A stretch of 64,000 bases of DNA from Nannocystales bacterium (GCA_050633305.1 JBOEGF010000007.1:128001-192000), one strand, 5' to 3'; positions 29,044-39,142 are shown, numbered from the stretch's first letter. Numbers and translations are program-made. The notes: generated from the sequence alone by a model not told the origin.

Positions 29044-29961
29044 GTGAAGACGCTTCGACTTGGTCTGTCGCTGCTGTGCGCAGCGTCCGTCACACCCGTG
29101 TTCGGATGTGCGCCTGATGACGACGAACGCACGGTTCGTGCTCGGATTGGACCCTCGGGCGGGCAGATCAGCTCGCACGACGGCGTCCTCACAGTCCTGA
29201 TTCTACCGGGCGCGCTCGAACGCGAGCAGGAGTTCGTCGTCGCGCCAAGCGACACGCCCCCGCTGATCTTCGGGCCGGCCTACCGGGTCCAACCGGACAT
29301 CGATCTGCTGATCAACGCGGAGGTCACGTATGCGCGCACACTGCCCAACGACCCGACCGGGACCGCGGTGGCAGCGATTCGGCGGGAGGACTTCGCCGCC
29401 GGCTCGGGGACCTGGATCAAACTTCCCACCGTGGCGCTCGACGTGAATGACGAACTCGTCACCGCCACCGACGCAGAGGTCTCGTTGTTCTATGGCTTGC
29501 TCGAGGGCGATGACATCTCGGGGACGACCAGCACCACGACCGCATCGCCCACCGACGACAGCTTCGGTGACACGGAGTCCGCAGAGTCCGGCAGCGAGAG
29601 CGGCGACACGGCGACGGGTCCGGTCGCCCATGGCTCTGACATCATGCCGATCTGGGTCTCGACCTGTCAGGGTGCAGGCTGCCATTCGGCGGGCCAGACT
29701 GTGCCCGACCTCGAGACCGACCCGTACGCGGCGATCGTCAACGTCATGCCGCTGAGCGCCGCCGTTCCGTACGTCACGCCGGGTGATCCGCAGGCCAGCT
29801 ACCTCTGGCACAAGATCGCCGCGACCCACACGCTCAAGACGAACCTCGGCGGCTGTGGTTGCGGTGGGGCCGGGAACCCGATGCCTTCGGGTGGAGGGAC
29901 GATCAGTGACCAAGACAAGGCGGCCATCCTCGCCTGGATCGAACAGGGCGCCGACCCGTGA
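29044..29961 (+). CDS. Lipoprotein: ZU5-like domain plus cytochrome c-like C-terminal domain
   Basis: Lipobox-like VFGC; CQGAGCH; VTPGDPQASYLWHKI..MP..ILAWIEQGA resembles planctomycete-type cytochrome c domains. Confidence 0.7.
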   Translation: MKTLRLGLSLLCAASVTPVFGCAPDDDERTVRARIGPSGGQISSHDGVLTVLILPGALEREQEFVVAPSDTPPLIFGPAYRVQPDIDLLINAEVTYARTLPNDPTGTAVAAIRREDFAAGSGTWIKLPTVALDVNDELVTATDAEVSLFYGLLEGDDISGTTSTTTASPTDDSFGDTESAESGSESGDTATGPVAHGSDIMPIWVSTCQGAGCHSAGQTVPDLETDPYAAIVNVMPLSAAVPYVTPGDPQASYLWHKIAATHTLKTNLGGCGCGGAGNPMPSGGGTISDQDKAAILAWIEQGADP

Positions 29962-30428
29962 TCTTCACGGCGGACCTCTGCGACGAACATCCCGACGCGC
30001 AGGTCCTGGAACTCGAGTTCCGGGGCTACGGCGCACGCGCGGGTTTTGATGGCCATGTGGTGACGCTGTCGCTGCACGAGGACAACTCGTGGGTCGGGCA
30101 AACACTCCGAGAGCCCGGCGAGGGTCGCGTGTTGGTCGTCGATGGCGGTGGCTCTCGGCGGTGCGCACTGGTCGGGGACAACCTCGCTCAGCGTGCGGTC
30201 GACAACGGGTGGGCCGGCATCGTCGTCCACGGCTGCATCCGCGACGCCGACCAGATCTCGACCATCCCGATCGGAATCAAGGCTTTGGGGACTCATCCGC
30301 GCAAGACCGAGAAGCGCGGGGAGGGCCGTCGTGACCTCCCCGTCCGGTTGGGCGGGGTCACCATCGAGCCGGGCGACCACCTCTATGCGGACCCGGACGG
30401 GGTTGTCGTGCTTCGAGCCCGTTCCTGA
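29958..30428 (+). CDS. rraA: RraA family protein (RNase E regulator / HMG aldolase-like)
   Basis: TADLCD, HEDNSWV, VLVVDGGGSRRCALVGD, GCIRD, YADPDG. Confidence 0.93.
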   Translation: MIFTADLCDEHPDAQVLELEFRGYGARAGFDGHVVTLSLHEDNSWVGQTLREPGEGRVLVVDGGGSRRCALVGDNLAQRAVDNGWAGIVVHGCIRDADQISTIPIGIKALGTHPRKTEKRGEGRRDLPVRLGGVTIEPGDHLYADPDGVVVLRARS

Positions 30429-30499
30429 GGGCTCCCGGGGTAGGCGGGGGTCGGAGAAGCGCGGACTCTCAGCCCGCACTCCGCCCTGACGAGTCAAAC

Positions 30500-31972
30500 C
30501 TACGGGTTCGACAGGAGGATGGTGATGTCGCCGCTGCCCCGGTTGCAGACGATGATGTCGCCCACGCCATCATCGTTGAGGTCGGCGATCGCGACTCCCG
30601 AAGGCGCTGTGCCCACGGCGAAGGCGGTTCCGTCATCGAAGGTTGAGTCGCCGGCTCCGACGTACACGATGACCTCGTCGTCGCCCTCTGCGGTCACGAT
30701 GAGGTCCTCATCGCCCTCGCCCGTGACGTCCGCAAGCACGGCCTCCGACACGTTGGTGTGTGGTCCGAACGCGTTGGTGTTGAAGCCGGGTCCACCGTTG
30801 TTCCCGTCTCCGAGGAAGAGGCGGGCGTTGTCGCCATCGGTGACGGCGACATCGAGTTCGCCGTCTCCATTGAAGTCACCCGGATTGAACCGAGCGAGCT
30901 CCGCGCCAGCGTTGTTTCCGACCGCGGTGCCATCGTTCATCGCGCCTCCTGCCCCTGTCCCGGGGGTTGCCGCGTAGGCATCGCCGCCTCCGAAGAATGC
31001 GTCCGGTGTCATCCCGTTGAGGGCGATGTTGCCGAGCTCGACCCCGGCGATCTCTGTGACATCTCCAACCGCCCATGGCCCAGCCAGTGTGAAGTTGCCG
31101 GCTCCATCGTTCACCGAGGTTTGGTAGTTGGTGTCGCCCGCGTTGGCGACGGCGAAGTCGAGGCCGTTCGCTCCGTCGAGGTCCGCGAGTGCAAGGTCGA
31201 CCGGCTGGTCGCCCACGGCCACCGCGGTCTCAACGAACCCTCCGGCTCCGTCCGAGATCAGGACGCTGACCGTGTCGTCATCGGTGTTCGTGACCAGGGC
31301 ATCCCAGTTGGCGTCTCCGGAGAACTCCGCCGCGATGACGCGAGAGGGGTTTGTGCCGACCGCCGTGTTTGCCGCAGCTGCGACGCCGCCCGCCCCATCC
31401 CCGAGGTGGACGGACACGCTGCCGCCTCCGACCGATGTGACGACAACGTCGAAGTTCCCGTCGCCATCGAAGTCACCCCCTGCGATGTCGCTGGGCGTTG
31501 CACCCGTTGCGACGGTGTCTCCGACGACGAAGCAGAGCTCGTTGTCATCAATGACGGTGTTGTCGCAGGCGGGAGGGGGACCCGTCGTTTCGTCCTCGGT
31601 GGGATCGATTGTCGGGTCGGTGGTCGGGTCGGTCGTGGTGCCGTCGGTCGGATCTGTGGTGGAGTCGTCGGTCGGATTCGTCGTGGACTCTTCGGTCGGA
31701 TTGGTGGTCGACGGGTCCGTGGAGGCCGTTGTCGATGACTCGGTGTCCGTCCCCGTGGGCTCGAGCGTCGGGTCGGTGTTGGTCGCCGACGTTGGCGTTG
31801 TCGTGGGCCCCGTCGTGGAGTTGGAGGTCGTCGGGTTGGTGCTTTGTCCTCCGCTGGTCTGCTCTCCGGTTCCGAACCCGCCCTCGGGCAGGTTCTCGCC
31901 GGAATCGTCACTGCAAGAGATGACGCAGACGCACAAAGCAGGAAGGAGGAGACGCGGGAGCAAGCTAGGCAT
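30500..31972 (-). CDS. FG-GAP/VCBS repeat lipoprotein with Thr-rich stalk
   Basis: Lipobox-like VISC; repeats GDFDGDGNFDVVV, ADLDGANGLDFAV, GDFNGDGELDVAV, ADLNDDGVGDIIV. Confidence 0.88.
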   Translation of the reverse strand: MPSLLPRLLLPALCVCVISCSDDSGENLPEGGFGTGEQTSGGQSTNPTTSNSTTGPTTTPTSATNTDPTLEPTGTDTESSTTASTDPSTTNPTEESTTNPTDDSTTDPTDGTTTDPTTDPTIDPTEDETTGPPPACDNTVIDDNELCFVVGDTVATGATPSDIAGGDFDGDGNFDVVVTSVGGGSVSVHLGDGAGGVAAAANTAVGTNPSRVIAAEFSGDANWDALVTNTDDDTVSVLISDGAGGFVETAVAVGDQPVDLALADLDGANGLDFAVANAGDTNYQTSVNDGAGNFTLAGPWAVGDVTEIAGVELGNIALNGMTPDAFFGGGDAYAATPGTGAGGAMNDGTAVGNNAGAELARFNPGDFNGDGELDVAVTDGDNARLFLGDGNNGGPGFNTNAFGPHTNVSEAVLADVTGEGDEDLIVTAEGDDEVIVYVGAGDSTFDDGTAFAVGTAPSGVAIADLNDDGVGDIIVCNRGSGDITILLSNP

Positions 31973-32038
31973 GATGGAGACCTCGGCAGAGGTGACGGTC
32001 TAAGGTAAGAGAAAAACGGGAGTTCGAGGGCGACGCTC

Positions 32039-34330
32039 TCAGTCGAGCGTCACGCCGGACCCGGAACACGTGTACCCGTAGGGGGTCCCATCGACGCCGT
32101 TGTCGAGCACGAATGGGGCCAGCGCCCCGCAAAGGTCCTCAACGGAGGTGCCGGGAACGACCAACGTCGGGTCATCTTCCGTATCGATGTCACGGCTGGG
32201 AACGCCGGCGAGCATGAACTGCGGCGTGTTGGTCAGCATGCCGGCAAGGCGACGGGCAGCTTGCTCGGCAGAACCCGCGCCAACGTCTCCGACCGTGTCC
32301 GAGAGCGACACGCCCATCAGAGTCTCCAGCGCGGAGACCTCGGCCTCGGTGCGAATCGAGGGGTCGGTGATCATCCGGTCCTTGACCGCCGAGGCCACGT
32401 CCCACATATCTGCCCCGGGCGTCTCCACAGCGGTGTCGATCAGCTGGGCGATCCAGTCATCGGTGGCGCACGCAGCTCCCTGTGGCCCAGTACAGGGGCC
32501 GTTCATGCCGGGGTCGACGCCCTGCCCAAACTCGTTTTCGAGTCGGAGCATGACCAGCAGGTCGGTCCCGCTGAAGCCGGAGTCGCTGTCGCTGAGGAAC
32601 GCGCCGGTGTCACGAAGCACGGCGGCGTCCTCGGGGCCATCGACGCAAGGGACGTCAGGCATGTTCGCGCCGCAACCGAACGCCGTCCCGAAGGCGCCGG
32701 GGATCTCGTTGACCCCAGGCCCGAATACATCGGGTTTGTTCCACCACATCGCGTTCGCGATCGAATCGAGCAACACCCGCGAGCCGAGGCGGTGGACGGT
32801 GTCGCCCACGCCGTTGCCTCGCATGGATGGATCGTTGGCCTCACGCGAGAACGGGTCAAACACCGGCGGAAGGTGGTACGGCGACGATGCTCCGCAGGTG
32901 TCCGGAGGGGACTGGTTGAAGTACGGGTGTGTCGCGACGTCGGCGATGAGGTGGCGCAGGGAGAATTCGTTGGCCACGAAACTGTCGGTGAGTTCCTGGA
33001 GGATCTCGCGCTGCTGATCGTTGCGCGGGAAACCGTTGGCCACCTGCAATGGGAAGCCCATCGCGTGAGTCCACATGCGGTTCGACATGTGCATCGACAT
33101 CAAGTACGCACCGGCCGGTGCTGAGTCGACGCCGTTGTCATCGGCGATCTGCAGGCCGTCGCCACCACGCAGCTCGTCGAACCCACTGCGCATGTCGGCG
33201 TCGAGGTTGACGAGGGTGTCGTCGGGTCCGTGGTCGCCAAAGAGGAATCCGTCCCAACCGAGCGTGGAGTCCTGCGGGGTGAGGTCGACCGCACCACAGG
33301 AGAAGCCGAAGCCGAACGGCGTGATGTTGCCGCCCGAAGGGCCCCCGTTGATGAGTGTGTCCACCTGGCCCTCCGCGAATCCGTCGTATCGGAAGATCGC
33401 GTAGGAGCGTTCCTGCGACGCCTCTGGGGCGTCCGGACCGTAGGCTCCCAGTTCGAGGTAGCCCGCGACGGGGTGGTGCCGGTCGAACGCCGGGATGTCG
33501 CTGTCGGTGGTGGCGTACTCCGCCCGGTGGCACTCCATGCAGTCCGTCGTGCGTCCCATCATGGTCGCCTCGAACAGGCGTCCATAGTGGGCGACCCGCA
33601 TCTCCTCGAGCTCGGGATCGGTGACGTTGCCCGCGATGAAGGGTGCGGACAGGCGTGCGAAGGTCTCCGCGCGCAACAACGGTGACATGTCGTCGAGCCG
33701 CAGTGCGCTGAAGGTGACGTCGGGCATCCAGAACAGGTCTCCGCCGTACTGTGCGGTGACAGGGTTGTCGCGGATGAACTCTGCCAAGTCGGGGCTGTTG
33801 GCCTCGTTGCCGACGAGGTCGTAACAGGTCTCGTTGCGGCGGTCGCCCGAGAGGTTCACCCGCAGCTCCTCGAACATGTAGTCCTTGTAGCGGTTGAGGT
33901 AGGCGTCGCCCCGAAGCAGCCCAAGGGTGACTGCACGTCGGCCATCGTCGCCCTTCATGTCGATCTGCTCGATCATGCTGACGAGCAGGCGAACCTCGCG
34001 GATCGAGTCGGGTTTGCGCCCGTGCACGAGCGGGATGAGGCGCTTGACGAAGGCCTCATCGCCCGCGTCGCACAGCTCGGCTTCTTCGCCGGGTCCCACG
34101 GGCTCGCCGTCGTCGGTTCCGGGGTCATCGCCGTCGGTACCGTCGTTGTTGCCGGTGGGGTTGCCACCGGGGCCGCCGGAGGGACTGGAGTCGCTCGAGT
34201 CACCGGTGAAGCCCGAGTCGGTGTCCGGCAGATCGCCCGATCCGCCCGCTGTGTCGTCTCCGCACGCGGTCGCGGCGACCAACAGTGCTGCCGTGAGAAC
34301 TCGGGAGAGAGTGTGTCCGTGCGTCGTCAT
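32039..34330 (-). CDS. Large lipoprotein with single CxxCH motif (DUF1501-partner-like)
   Basis: Start chosen at MTTHGH; lipobox-like ATAC; DEAFVKRLIPLVHGRKP; CMECH; FVANEFSLRHLIADV. Confidence 0.7.
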   Translation of the reverse strand: MTTHGHTLSRVLTAALLVAATACGDDTAGGSGDLPDTDSGFTGDSSDSSPSGGPGGNPTGNNDGTDGDDPGTDDGEPVGPGEEAELCDAGDEAFVKRLIPLVHGRKPDSIREVRLLVSMIEQIDMKGDDGRRAVTLGLLRGDAYLNRYKDYMFEELRVNLSGDRRNETCYDLVGNEANSPDLAEFIRDNPVTAQYGGDLFWMPDVTFSALRLDDMSPLLRAETFARLSAPFIAGNVTDPELEEMRVAHYGRLFEATMMGRTTDCMECHRAEYATTDSDIPAFDRHHPVAGYLELGAYGPDAPEASQERSYAIFRYDGFAEGQVDTLINGGPSGGNITPFGFGFSCGAVDLTPQDSTLGWDGFLFGDHGPDDTLVNLDADMRSGFDELRGGDGLQIADDNGVDSAPAGAYLMSMHMSNRMWTHAMGFPLQVANGFPRNDQQREILQELTDSFVANEFSLRHLIADVATHPYFNQSPPDTCGASSPYHLPPVFDPFSREANDPSMRGNGVGDTVHRLGSRVLLDSIANAMWWNKPDVFGPGVNEIPGAFGTAFGCGANMPDVPCVDGPEDAAVLRDTGAFLSDSDSGFSGTDLLVMLRLENEFGQGVDPGMNGPCTGPQGAACATDDWIAQLIDTAVETPGADMWDVASAVKDRMITDPSIRTEAEVSALETLMGVSLSDTVGDVGAGSAEQAARRLAGMLTNTPQFMLAGVPSRDIDTEDDPTLVVPGTSVEDLCGALAPFVLDNGVDGTPYGYTCSGSGVTLD

Positions 34331-34359
34331 CGTGGGCCCCTGGGATTGTGAAAACACGC

Positions 34360-35985
34360 TCATGCCTCGACTCCTTCGAGTCCGAGGAACTCGTCGCGAA
34401 TCGCAGTCGCCGCCTCGACCTCGTCGATGTAGCCGCCGTCGGAGACGTTGTAGGACTGGGTGGAGAACGGGTAGATGCCCAGTGACTGCAGGACCATCAT
34501 GCGGCTCTGCGCCGGGCTGACCGCGGTGGTGGCGAAGCCGTCCGTTTCGGACATTGCCCCATAGACCGAAGGCCCGATGAGGTTGTTCGGGAGGCTCGGA
34601 TGCGACATGGGTCCGCCGATGAACATCTGCACGTAGCCGCCGGGGTGGTGGTTCGTTCCGGTACCGTTTCCTTGTTGGAAGGGCTGGCGGCCGAACTCGG
34701 TGTTGATGACGACCATCTGCCGGTCCAGGTCGATCCGGTTCTCGTCGCCGTCGCGCGGGTTCATCGGGTCGACGATCTGGTCCAGCAGGGATGAGAACGT
34801 GTTGGAGTAGTTGGTGGCGTTGTAGCGGACGCTGGCCGCGTGGACATCGTGTCCCCCGGTGGGGCGGGGCTGAATGCCCGCGTCGATCCACAACACGTAT
34901 CGCGCGGCGTTCTGCTCGCGCGTGAGCAGGCTGGAGGCGAGGCGGGCCTGCATGGCCGGCATGTTGTCCGCGACGCCCATGTTCGTCTGACACAGCTGCG
35001 CCGGAGCGGCGATGCTGTTGAAGAGGTCCGAACTCAGGATGTCGGTGAGGACGGGCGCGTTCTCGCGGGCGAAGGCCGAGAAGTCGTAGTTCGCACGTTC
35101 GGCCGAGCGGGCTGCGGTGCTGTGACCGAAGCTCTTGAGCCGGCCGGTGTACTCGGCCCGGTAGTAGGCGACCGCATCGTCGAAGGCGTCGGGGTTGTCG
35201 ATCGCGGTGCGGGCCAGCAGGTTGGTCAACTCGGAGTCCGGCTCCACCGAGACCACGAGCGGCCGGGCGGAGCCAGGGTGCGCACCCACGGACGAGGCCG
35301 CGACGGCATTGAACGGCGCGTAGCCGGCCGGAGACAGCACGTAGGAGTACGGCGCGGGTCGGATGCCGCCGCCGCCCTTGCCGTCCTCATTCTCGGTGAA
35401 GTAGCGCTGGATGGCCGTCCCCAGGCCTGCCATGCGCGGGTTTCCGAGGCCGAGTCCAGTGAACGACTTGGGGTTGGCACCCTCGTGCGCAACCTGGTCG
35501 TGCGCGGTCACGACGATGCGCATGCGGGCGATGACGTCCGGGCGGCTCCAGAACGGCCACGTCCAAGGGCCGAGGTGCAGCTCGTTGCCGTCGGCGTCGG
35601 TCGCCCCCAACGGTTGCGTCATCTCGGCGTACCCGGTCTGGCACGAGTCCCATCGTCCCTGGAGGGTATCGATCGCCTGCCGACCCTCCGAGGCTGGTGA
35701 GGCCTCGTCGAAGACGTGCATGAACCGGAAGTCGTCCTGGCCGAACTCCGGGATCGTGTAGAAGGTGTCGAAGCAGCTCATGCCGCCGTTGACGTGCAGC
35801 TCGAGCACGCCCTCGGGCTGGAGCTCGGTCGGCAAGAAGGCGGCCGCCTTCGCCTTGTCGTCCATCGGCCACGCCCCCCAGCCGGCTGCGCTGGCACCCC
35901 GGGGGTACTTGAGGATGGAGAACACACCCGCACCCGCGACGGCGGTCGCGGAGGCGGCGGACTTGATAAAGGATCTGCGCTTCAT
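34360..35985 (-). CDS. Tat-exported DUF1501-like protein
   Basis: MKRRSFIKS Tat motif; NGGMSCFDTF, GGHDVH, VVINTEFGR, GTNHHP. Confidence 0.75.
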   Translation of the reverse strand: MKRRSFIKSAASATAVAGAGVFSILKYPRGASAAGWGAWPMDDKAKAAAFLPTELQPEGVLELHVNGGMSCFDTFYTIPEFGQDDFRFMHVFDEASPASEGRQAIDTLQGRWDSCQTGYAEMTQPLGATDADGNELHLGPWTWPFWSRPDVIARMRIVVTAHDQVAHEGANPKSFTGLGLGNPRMAGLGTAIQRYFTENEDGKGGGGIRPAPYSYVLSPAGYAPFNAVAASSVGAHPGSARPLVVSVEPDSELTNLLARTAIDNPDAFDDAVAYYRAEYTGRLKSFGHSTAARSAERANYDFSAFARENAPVLTDILSSDLFNSIAAPAQLCQTNMGVADNMPAMQARLASSLLTREQNAARYVLWIDAGIQPRPTGGHDVHAASVRYNATNYSNTFSSLLDQIVDPMNPRDGDENRIDLDRQMVVINTEFGRQPFQQGNGTGTNHHPGGYVQMFIGGPMSHPSLPNNLIGPSVYGAMSETDGFATTAVSPAQSRMMVLQSLGIYPFSTQSYNVSDGGYIDEVEAATAIRDEFLGLEGVEA

Positions 35986-36008
35986 GGAGGGACTTCCTGA
36001 GGCCGGGA

Positions 36009-37097
36009 CTAGAAAAGCTCGATGTAGCCCCACTGGGCGTAGCGAGAGAGGACGCGGACGGTGCCGTCGGTGAACGGCACTTCTTCGAAATGCTCGCGGG
36101 AGACGATGAGCGTGGCGGGTCCCGCGGTGAGGATGGAGAGGTCGGCGGAGGGGATGGTGTAGCTGCCGTCGTCGGCGGCATTGACGGTGAACATGCGGCC
36201 AAACATGTCGAACACGCGGATCACCAGTCGGGTGTCTTCACCGGCCTCGCCGGTCCACGAGACCTCGAGGTCTTCGTCCATCGCGACCTGTGTCCCAAAC
36301 GTGACGACATCGGGGCTGGTGACCTCGAGGGCGTCGGGGGTGTGGACTTGTCCGGCGAGCGAGTTGGTCTCGAACAGGTCTCCGCCGTAGAGGACGATGT
36401 CGTATTCGGCGCTGGGTTCCCACGTCGCGGGGTCGGGTGCGCAGCCCTCGGGCTGGTTGGTGGAGGTCGTCGCGGCATAGACCGGGTAGTTCGGAACCAT
36501 CGTGCCGCTGCTGGGCGGGAACTCAACCTCTGCGCTGCCCCCGTAGAAAAGCAGACACGCGGTTGCTTCCGCGTCATCGCGGCGCAGCTTCATCCCGTTG
36601 CCCGCGAGCAGCCATTGCGTTGGGCCGCCCCATTCGAACGTTCCGGGGACGGCGTTCTGATCGAGGGTGTCGAGGTCGGCCGGCGGGGTCGGCCATTGGG
36701 TTCCGAGTCCGAACACGCCGAAGAAATCCTCGACGTCGTCGATGTCGTCGTCCGCGGTCCGCCACGCACCTGCCATGCCCAGGAGTGGCTCGGGGTTGGC
36801 TGCGTCGGCTGCGAAGAAGGTGAAGCTCAACGTGCCGCGGAGGTCTCCCTCGCCCAGCGTGTCGTACTCCTGTCCGGAGCCGCCCGAACTGTCGGCGCCG
36901 CTTGGGTCGGTGGGGTTGTCGCTGTCCGAAGCGGTCGTTCCCTCGCTGTTCCCCGTGAAGCCGGAGTCGGAGTCGCCGACCATCGGATCGGAGCCGTCGG
37001 TGGAGTCACCGCAGGCCACAAGCAGGGCCAGAGGCAACATGGCCAAAGGGCCGAGCCGCAAAGGCCGGGAGACCGGGTGTGTTCGGCGCATACGCAT
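36009..37097 (-). CDS. Hypothetical lipoprotein, beta-rich C-terminus
   Basis: Lipobox LVAC, Ser/Asp linker, DDGSYTIP motif; first gene of the three-gene operon. Start uncertain. Confidence 0.75.
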   Translation of the reverse strand: MRMRRTHPVSRPLRLGPLAMLPLALLVACGDSTDGSDPMVGDSDSGFTGNSEGTTASDSDNPTDPSGADSSGGSGQEYDTLGEGDLRGTLSFTFFAADAANPEPLLGMAGAWRTADDDIDDVEDFFGVFGLGTQWPTPPADLDTLDQNAVPGTFEWGGPTQWLLAGNGMKLRRDDAEATACLLFYGGSAEVEFPPSSGTMVPNYPVYAATTSTNQPEGCAPDPATWEPSAEYDIVLYGGDLFETNSLAGQVHTPDALEVTSPDVVTFGTQVAMDEDLEVSWTGEAGEDTRLVIRVFDMFGRMFTVNAADDGSYTIPSADLSILTAGPATLIVSREHFEEVPFTDGTVRVLSRYAQWGYIELF

Positions 37098-37211
37098 CGG
37101 AGCTCGCAGGGCAGGTGTGCTCGGACATCGCCCCAGCCCCCACCACACAGCCCAGTCTGTAGGGGCAAAAGATGTATTTCAACCCGCACGCAAGGCATGC
37201 GCAGCTGGGGG

Positions 37212-37979
37212 CTAGGACGCCTCGCGGCGACCGAAGCGTGAGTAGCGCCATTGACCCGAGACTTCGTGCCGGAGTGCTCGAGCGCCGATCGGCGCCAACG
37301 CGCCGCCTCCGGGCATCCCCTCAAACACCACGGGCCCACGCAGCGCGTGAGGCAGGTCTGATTCGAGGAATTCTGAGAGCCAGAGCTCGTCCACCAGCAC
37401 CGGGTCCGCGTAGAGGGCGCGGGCAGTACTGGGCCCCGCCTCGATGGAGATCGTCGTCGCGCCCAATGCGCGAGCCCATGCGATCGCCTCGCGGGGTGAG
37501 GGCAGCTTCAATCCAATGACATCGATGTGTCCGGGCACCCGGGGCCGGAGCGCGCGGGCTGCGTCCTGCGATGTGAGGACGACGGGTCGCGCCCACCCGT
37601 GGAACGCGGGGTGGTCGAGGTCCAGGTCGCGACCCGAGGTCAGCACCGCGACCTTCGGGGGATCGGCCCGCCGCATGGCGGCCTTGCGCCATGCCAACAT
37701 CCCCGGCGCCCACGCGGCGGGGAGGGAGTAGTCGAGGTGTGGCTCCTCGCGGAGGATACGTCCGGTTGTGACGATGACGTCGGCGCGCGCTCGCGCGAGG
37801 TTGAGCAGGAAGAAGTCGGTGTCGCTCTTGGGACTCTGCTCCGTGATCCGGATGACGTGTCGTGCGTCGCCCCTCGGCCACGTTGAGACGACGTGCAGAA
37901 CCCCTGCGTCGCGGGCGAGTGCCTCCTGTCCCCATAGGCCATGGAGCATCGACTCGACGTCGAACGGATCAGAGTCCAC
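37212..37979 (-). CDS. RibD C-terminal / DHFR-like reductase
   Basis: RARADVIVTTGRILREEP, VAVLTSG, IEAGPS, VDELWLS. Confidence 0.78.
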   Translation of the reverse strand: MDSDPFDVESMLHGLWGQEALARDAGVLHVVSTWPRGDARHVIRITEQSPKSDTDFFLLNLARARADVIVTTGRILREEPHLDYSLPAAWAPGMLAWRKAAMRRADPPKVAVLTSGRDLDLDHPAFHGWARPVVLTSQDAARALRPRVPGHIDVIGLKLPSPREAIAWARALGATTISIEAGPSTARALYADPVLVDELWLSEFLESDLPHALRGPVVFEGMPGGGALAPIGARALRHEVSGQWRYSRFGRREAS

Positions 37980-39102
37980 GGGCACGAAGGTAGCCGACGA
38001 CGTTGCGGTAGAACACGAGATGATCGAAGGGATTGTCCCCTCCAGATCCGTCTCCAAAGAGGTGACCGATCTCGTCGATGTGATCGGCGGGAATGCAGCC
38101 GAGGAAGGTTCCCCACTTCGCATCCTCGACCCGTACAAGCCCGTCGTTGGGGATCGAGCTGAGAAGACCGCCGTCGACGATGGCCTCCGCGGCAGCAAAC
38201 AGTGGGTCGATGGGATCTCCGACGCCCGCCCAGTTTGCGAGGAAGGGCGGCGCGTCTTCGGATGCGCACTCGGACGGCGCCAGTTCGTTGTCCGAGCGGC
38301 CCGCAATCGAGGCGTAGGCGACCCCTGGGGCGTCGGGGTAGGTCTTGTTGAACTCAGCGATGCCGTCGGTTGAGAACTGCTCCATGGACGCGACGAGGGA
38401 TGTACTGCTGTCGATTGCGCCCCACAGGGGGCCGCCGAACAGCTGCACCAGCACGTCGATGACACCGCCGCCGGGGATCAGCAGCGCGTAGTCGGCGATG
38501 GGCGAGCCGTGGTGCGGCGTGGAGACGGTCGTCACCGACGCGACGATGTCGGGCCGCAGGTGTGCGACCACGCGGGCATCGAGTCCGCCTTGGGAGTGTC
38601 CGATCAGGTTGACCTTGTCCGCCCCGGTTTCTTCGATCGCGGCCTCGACCGCCGCGAGCAGTTGCATCCCACGCGTGGTCGAGTCGTTGAACGGATCGAC
38701 AGCGGGCGTGTAGACATCGAGTTCGCCGAGTTCGATCAGATCCTCTCGGACGCCCCAGTAGTAGTCGACGAAACCGGCGCCGGCGAAGTCTTCGAAGCCG
38801 AAGAACCCATGCGCAAGCACGATGGGGTAGGGCCCGGCTTGGACGTCTCCGGTCGAGGTTGAATCATCCTCCGCCGAAGCGCTGCTCGAGCTGGTCTGTG
38901 CCGACGAGGAGGAGGACTCGAGGCGGCCGGATCCCTCCGCGGAGGCGGCGGTTGGGTTTCCAGTTGCGGTGGTCAGCGCGGATGCGGCTGTCGTCGAGCT
39001 GGAGGCTGTCCCTGTGCCTCCCTCGGTGTCCCCGCCGACCGAAGAAAAGCCGCCACAGCCGACCAGCCCCAGCACCAACCCTCCTGCGATCGAGCGCACC
39101 AT
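37969..39102 (-). CDS. Triacylglycerol lipase (alpha/beta hydrolase), lipoprotein
   Basis: LVGC lipobox; YPIVLAHG, VNLIGHSQGG, STPHHGS, NDGLV, DHIDEIG. Confidence 0.92.
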   Translation of the reverse strand: MVRSIAGGLVLGLVGCGGFSSVGGDTEGGTGTASSSTTAASALTTATGNPTAASAEGSGRLESSSSSAQTSSSSASAEDDSTSTGDVQAGPYPIVLAHGFFGFEDFAGAGFVDYYWGVREDLIELGELDVYTPAVDPFNDSTTRGMQLLAAVEAAIEETGADKVNLIGHSQGGLDARVVAHLRPDIVASVTTVSTPHHGSPIADYALLIPGGGVIDVLVQLFGGPLWGAIDSSTSLVASMEQFSTDGIAEFNKTYPDAPGVAYASIAGRSDNELAPSECASEDAPPFLANWAGVGDPIDPLFAAAEAIVDGGLLSSIPNDGLVRVEDAKWGTFLGCIPADHIDEIGHLFGDGSGGDNPFDHLVFYRNVVGYLRARGL

Positions 39103-39142
39103 CACGCCAAGGATAGGCCGACTCGGAGCCGCGGGGGGGCTG

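Noticed and set aside
34331..34993. N-terminal extension of the 984-aa ORF
   Set aside because: Overlaps the DUF1501-like gene out of frame; the signal peptide begins at 34330.
37980..38465. N-terminal extension of the RibD-like ORF
   Set aside because: Out-of-frame overlap with the lipase gene; not protein-like.
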